This document shows, piece by piece, positions 10,001 through 12,239 of a stretch of 12,239 bases of DNA. This DNA comes from Candidatus Hadarchaeales archaeon. Lineage in GTDB: Archaea > Hadarchaeota > Hadarchaeia > Hadarchaeales > Hadarchaeaceae. Location: NCBI GenBank assembly GCA_038823825.1, contig JAWBCC010000008.1, positions 1 through 12,239 on the forward strand, read 5' to 3'. A program made the position numbers and the translations under genes. The notes below the pieces were generated by a model, which saw only the letters and a program-made list of their open reading frames with translations, had not been told where the DNA came from and searched no databases. The stretch's first letter is position 1. Each line of letters starts with the position of its first letter.

Positions 10001-12239
10001 ACCAAGGTCGGCGTGTTATCGTTCGTGTTCTCTCCATCGGACGGCGAGACGAGAGATGGTGCAGCAGGCGGAATCGTGTCTATTCTAAACCATCGAATTT
10101 CGGAAAACATGTTACTTCCAGCTTTCCAACCTCTCACTCGCCAGTAGTAGACTCCGTCGTCAAGCATCGACAAATTATAGTAGTTATCGCTCGTGTTCTC
10201 GAGGATTACATTCGGTGGAGAGAAATCAGGATCATTGTCTACCCAGACTTCCCAGTTGTCCGCAACCGTCAAGTTGTCCCATCTAAGAGTCGGCGGGAGT
10301 TTGAGGTTTTCGCCGTTCTCGGGTGAGACAAGAACTGGGAATATGAGCGAGATCTCGAATGTCCAGACCTCCGAGAATAGATGATTCTCTCCATTCCTCC
10401 AACCTCTCACCCTCCAGTAATAGATGCCGTCAGGAAGACCTCCAGAGAAAACATCCGCAACATCAAAATAGTTTTCTGTAGTGTTCTCCAATATCAGCGG
10501 TGATGAAAAATCTGCGTCGTCGTCAAGCCAGACCTCCCAGTAGTCCGCGACGGCTGCATTTTCCCACTCGAGCCTTGGTGTGTTGTCTGCAATTGTTTTA
10601 CCGTTCTCAGGATAGCGGAGAACGGGGTAGAGCGAGTCCAGAGTGAATTTCCAGAAACCAGAATCCCAAGTTATATTTCCGGCGTTGTCTCTTGCGCTAA
10701 CCCTCCAATAATAAACATTGTCTGGAAGTTCGGGGAGAGTAACACTCGATGTTCCGGAGATCTCCCAATTTTCCACCGTTAGGGTCAGCGAACCTGTGAA
10801 ACTGGGCTCGTTATCGACTTGGATTATGTAAACTATTGGGAGAGAATTTTCGTAAACGTTTTGCCAAACTAGTGTTGGTGTGTTGTCATTTATTATGGCG
10901 CCATCTTCCGGCCAGACTTTTTCCGGAAGCTGGGGCGGAACCGTATCTACCCTGAACCAAATTTGAGAGTTTTCACCTACATTACCAGCGTTGTCTTTGG
11001 CCGCAACCCTGCAGTACCACACACCATTGGGAAGAGCTGGTGAGACGGTCCAGCTCGTCGAAGAAATCCAGCCGGAGTCTCTGTCGATAGACTGGAAGTT
11101 CGGATCATCGTCAAGCACAACCCTGTAAAGAACCGGAGTAGAATTCTCTATCACCGGTTGCCAGCTAATCGTTGGTGTGTTATCGTTTATGTTTGCACCA
11201 TTTGAGAGGGCAGTTATGGTCGGAGCCTGAGGCGGAACCGTATCTATTCTGAAGCTCCAAGTCTCTGACCATGGTCCCACATTCCATACGCTGTCCCTTG
11301 CTTTCACTTTCCAGTACCAGAGACCGTCCGGGATATCTCCTGGTGGGGAGAAGGTTGTCGATAATATCCACGACGTATTGAAATTCTCATATGTGAATGC
11401 TGGATTGTCGCTCAGAGCGGCGTAGTATTCGACAGGTGTGGAGTTCTCTGGAACGGAAGACCAGCTGAAGGTTGGTCTCTTGTTATTTGTATTCAAACCA
11501 TTCTGTGGAGAGATGAGCGTGGGTGCGACCGGTGGAGTTGTGTCTATTCTGAAAGACCAAACTTCTGAGGAGCTCTCTCCGGCCTCGTTTATCGCCATGA
11601 CCTTCCAGTAATATTTTCCATCAGAAAGCTCGACGGTCGGCGTATATGTTTCATCATTTGGCCCGAGCAGGACGTTTATCGCAGGAGACCCGAAGTCGTT
11701 GTCGTTGTCAACAAGCAACCTGTGATTTTCCGCGTACTCTCCCTTTTCCCAGATGAAGGTTGGGGTATTATCTGTTATCGTGCTGGTGTTGTACGGCGAA
11801 ATCAGCTTTGGAGCCGTTGGTAGTATTGCCATCATCTCGCTTCCAACAGTTGTTGTAGGCTCAACCGCAGCATACTTCCTGACGAAGAACCAGTCGAAAT
11901 AGTAGCTTGAATCTCCGCCGGTGTCCCAGGCTGCAAGAACATATTTGTCGCAGTAGTTGTTTGGGTCGGTTGCGTAGTTCCAGTTTCTGATTTTTTCGGG
12001 AGCTTCCCATAAAAGGTACCTGTAGTTTTCGTTGTCTCTTCCGTAATAGAACCTCGCCCTTATCTTGTTATTGTCGTATAGAGACAGTGTGGCAATGTAA
12101 TAAACGTCTGGTTGGTAGTTACCTGGCGACCATGATCCATCAGAAAAGAATTTATAATTGCCACTGTCATCTTTGAAGAATCCCGCATACTGTTGACCGC
12201 TTCCAGCCCTGTAGAATGTTCCTGGACCATTCAGCCCCA
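7087..12239 (-). CDS. Giant surface-anchored repeat protein, 5'-partial (more than 1716 codons in window): DUF2341/ConA-like module, 13 FN3/Ig-like repeats, 2 Ig-like domains, C-terminal TM
   Basis: The ORF track starts at Met 11835. I translated 11836..12237 in the same frame and found no stop: ...GLNGPGTFYRAGSGQQYAGFFKDDSGNYKFFSDGSWSPGNYQPDVYYIATLSLYDNNKIRARFYYGRDNENYRYLLWEAPEKIRNWNYATDPNNYCDKYVLAAWDTGGDSSYYFDWFFVRKYAAVEPTTTVGSE-MMAILPTAPK... This is collinear with aa 215-345 of the 407..2263 protein. The true start is therefore upstream of the window. The C-terminus is VSWTVAAAIAVAVAVVIIIILKFFIFA. Confidence 0.9.
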   Translation of the reverse strand, partial: GLNGPGTFYRAGSGQQYAGFFKDDSGNYKFFSDGSWSPGNYQPDVYYIATLSLYDNNKIRARFYYGRDNENYRYLLWEAPEKIRNWNYATDPNNYCDKYVLAAWDTGGDSSYYFDWFFVRKYAAVEPTTTVGSEMMAILPTAPKLISPYNTSTITDNTPTFIWEKGEYAENHRLLVDNDNDFGSPAINVLLGPNDETYTPTVELSDGKYYWKVMAINEAGESSSEVWSFRIDTTPPVAPTLISPQNGLNTNNKRPTFSWSSVPENSTPVEYYAALSDNPAFTYENFNTSWILSTTFSPPGDIPDGLWYWKVKARDSVWNVGPWSETWSFRIDTVPPQAPTITALSNGANINDNTPTISWQPVIENSTPVLYRVVLDDDPNFQSIDRDSGWISSTSWTVSPALPNGVWYCRVAAKDNAGNVGENSQIWFRVDTVPPQLPEKVWPEDGAIINDNTPTLVWQNVYENSLPIVYIIQVDNEPSFTGSLTLTVENWEISGTSSVTLPELPDNVYYWRVSARDNAGNITWDSGFWKFTLDSLYPVLRYPENGKTIADNTPRLEWENAAVADYWEVWLDDDADFSSPLILENTTENYFDVADVFSGGLPDGIYYWRVRGWRNGENHLFSEVWTFEISLIFPVLVSPENGENLKLPPTLRWDNLTVADNWEVWVDNDPDFSPPNVILENTSDNYYNLSMLDDGVYYWRVRGWKAGSNMFSEIRWFRIDTIPPAAPSLVSPSDGENTNDNTPTLVWNNVFENSLPVVYTIEVDNENTFTAPLAFTTTLTVWSTTGTSSVITPVLPDGVYYWRVKARDNAGNESGWSSVQRFRVDTIPPAAPQVVGPENGKNLTVFGASVTIPAENSYPLIVGIGFDDNENFSSLDNILMIVVHSPKYIDNSVISVFAADILMDVSNLVYVDNSGYPSQVIHRYQSGSVIVELTINCAPDGTIQRITFVQYSPLLRDGVYYAISAAIDNAGNMSDFSNIRWFRLDTVPPAPPVLVSPANRENTNDNTPTLVWNNVFENSLPVVYTIEVDNEDTFTAPLVFTTTLTVWSTTGTSSVITPVLPDGVYYWRVRARDNAGNEGPWSSVWRFRVDTIAPPAPTLISPENGLKTKNTTITFVWSAVSDNSLPIKYYISFSDVSNFSHENYGTWTENTSMTADNVPDGLWYWRVKAKDNAGNEGPWSAIWCVRVDTVPPAAPILVSPTNGENTSDNTPRLTWQVPFENSLPLSFQVQVATDNGFSNIVRTSAWVFDNYWEVSPALPDNVYYWRVKARDNAGNEGSWSSVWSFRVVAAPPATPSLIAPANGSWIEENRPTLRWTAVVDPSGIKYVVQVDNENTFSSPLVHENVNVIDNFYTLPIALPEGLYFWRVKAVSGSGLESGWSSIWSFGVDNSIPSAPTIVSPITGENTNDNTPTLIWQRVVDPSGIKYEIQIDNDENFTSPFLTRDNLTNENYVLENALPDGKWYWRVRAVDGAGHASAWSTSWFIVDTVPPTVSLTQTPPSTTSETSVSYSGTATDVTTIVVAVEYRVNAGNWVNVSITKGKTVSFSFTISNLAPGSYTVEVRAKDNAGNYSSPVSHTFTVTAGDFSISVSPENIKIKHGENKTVTITITAIQGFSQEVSLSISGLPGGVSASFSPQSGTPTFTSTLTITATPVAEPGVYTLTVTASGGGRTHTATITLTVETPPAPGPAVSWTVAAAIAVAVAVVIIIILKFFIFA
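7195..7782 (-). other. Two terminal Ig-like beta-sandwich domains preceding the TM anchor (aa 1352-1447 and 1448-1547)
   Basis: The first domain reads DTVPPTVSLTQTPP...VEYRVNAGNWVNV...LAPGSYTVEVRAKDNAGNYSSPVSHTFTVT. The second reads FSISVSPENIKIKHGENKTVTITITAIQGFSQEVSLSISGLPGGVSASFSP...TSTLTITATPVAEPGVYTLTVTASGGGRTHTATITLTV, a pattern common in archaeal/bacterial cell-surface Ig-like modules. Confidence 0.6.
7783..11835 (-). repeat. Tandem array of 13 FN3/Ig-like 'YYWRV' repeat units (90-105 aa each, one of 160 aa)
   Basis: Unit consensus: DT(V/I)PPxAPxL(V/I)SPxNGxxTNDNTPTLxW......ENS(L/T)P(V/I).Y.(I/V)(Q/E)VDN...F.......LPDG(V/L)(Y/W)YWRV(K/R)A(R/K)DNAGN.(G/S).WS..W.FR(V/I). My unit boundaries, as aa from Met 11835: 1-97, 98-197, 198-296, 297-399, 400-495, 496-585, 586-690, 691-850, 851-955, 956-1053, 1054-1153, 1154-1253, 1254-1351. 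Confidence 0.85.
11836..12239 (-). other. C-terminal part of a second DUF2341-associated ConA-like module (paralogous to 1229..1650)
   Basis: GGDSSYYFDWFFVRKYAAVEPTTTVGSE aligns with GGTSSYYYDWFFVRRYNDLGPDPVTTVGSE. FYYGRDNENYRYLLWEAPEKIRNW aligns with FYFGEDNANYRELLENVRDW. DNA similarity is also visible: gacgaagaaccagtcg occurs at both 11881 and 1280. Confidence 0.8.

Noticed and set aside
11833-11835. Met-Met at 11835 as the start of the giant repeat protein
   Set aside because: The frame is open for all 134 upstream codons to the window edge, and those codons encode a module homologous to the other DUF2341 protein. There is no signal peptide after this Met.
7783-11835. The regular ~300-bp periodicity considered as a CRISPR or other non-coding repeat array
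   Set aside because: The units are about 270-480 bp and diverged, and they lie in one continuous open reading frame with conserved protein motifs. There is no short repeat/spacer structure.

Overview
Nearly all of this 12.2-kb window is coding, and every convincing gene is on the minus strand. There are five co-directional genes, and two of them run off the window edges. In order of transcription (right to left):

1. 7087..>12239 is the 3' 5.1 kb of a giant surface protein whose true N-terminus lies beyond the window. It has a DUF2341/ConA-like module, 13 tandem ~100-aa FN3/Ig-like 'YYWRV' repeats, two further Ig-like domains and a C-terminal TM anchor.
2. 6465..7013 is a small protein with a signal peptide, a beta-sandwich and a C-terminal TM. 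Its stop overlaps the next start as ATGA.
3. 2374..6468 is a 1364-aa surface-anchored protein. It combines a LamG lectin-like module, FN3-like repeats, a second jelly-roll, a GH130-like beta-propeller and three CARDB domains.
4. 407..2263 is a secreted DUF2341 protein. Its real start is internal to the supplied ORF.
5. <1..394 is a gene absent from the ORF track. It is a stand-alone secreted paralog of the C-terminal module of gene 4 and shares a perfect 177-bp tract with it.

The two real intergenic gaps carry the same 13-mer, AAAGGTTTTTAAA on the coding strand, which looks like a BRE/TATA element. Together with frequent AGA/AGG arginine codons, an oligo-T run after a stop, and secreted proteins with C-terminal TM anchors, this suggests an archaeal, possibly thermophilic, host. 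I cannot establish taxonomy from the sequence alone.

I found no rRNA, tRNA, CRISPR, transposase, integrase or recognisable defence cassette. What stands out is the architecture of a cell-surface lectin/glycosidase/adhesin-like locus:
- a gene-conversion-like identity tract between paralogs
- a patterned repeat array
- a domain-in-domain LamG insertion
- an extracellular GH130-like module

The function of the locus is unknown, and all family assignments come from motif recognition by eye, not from searches.
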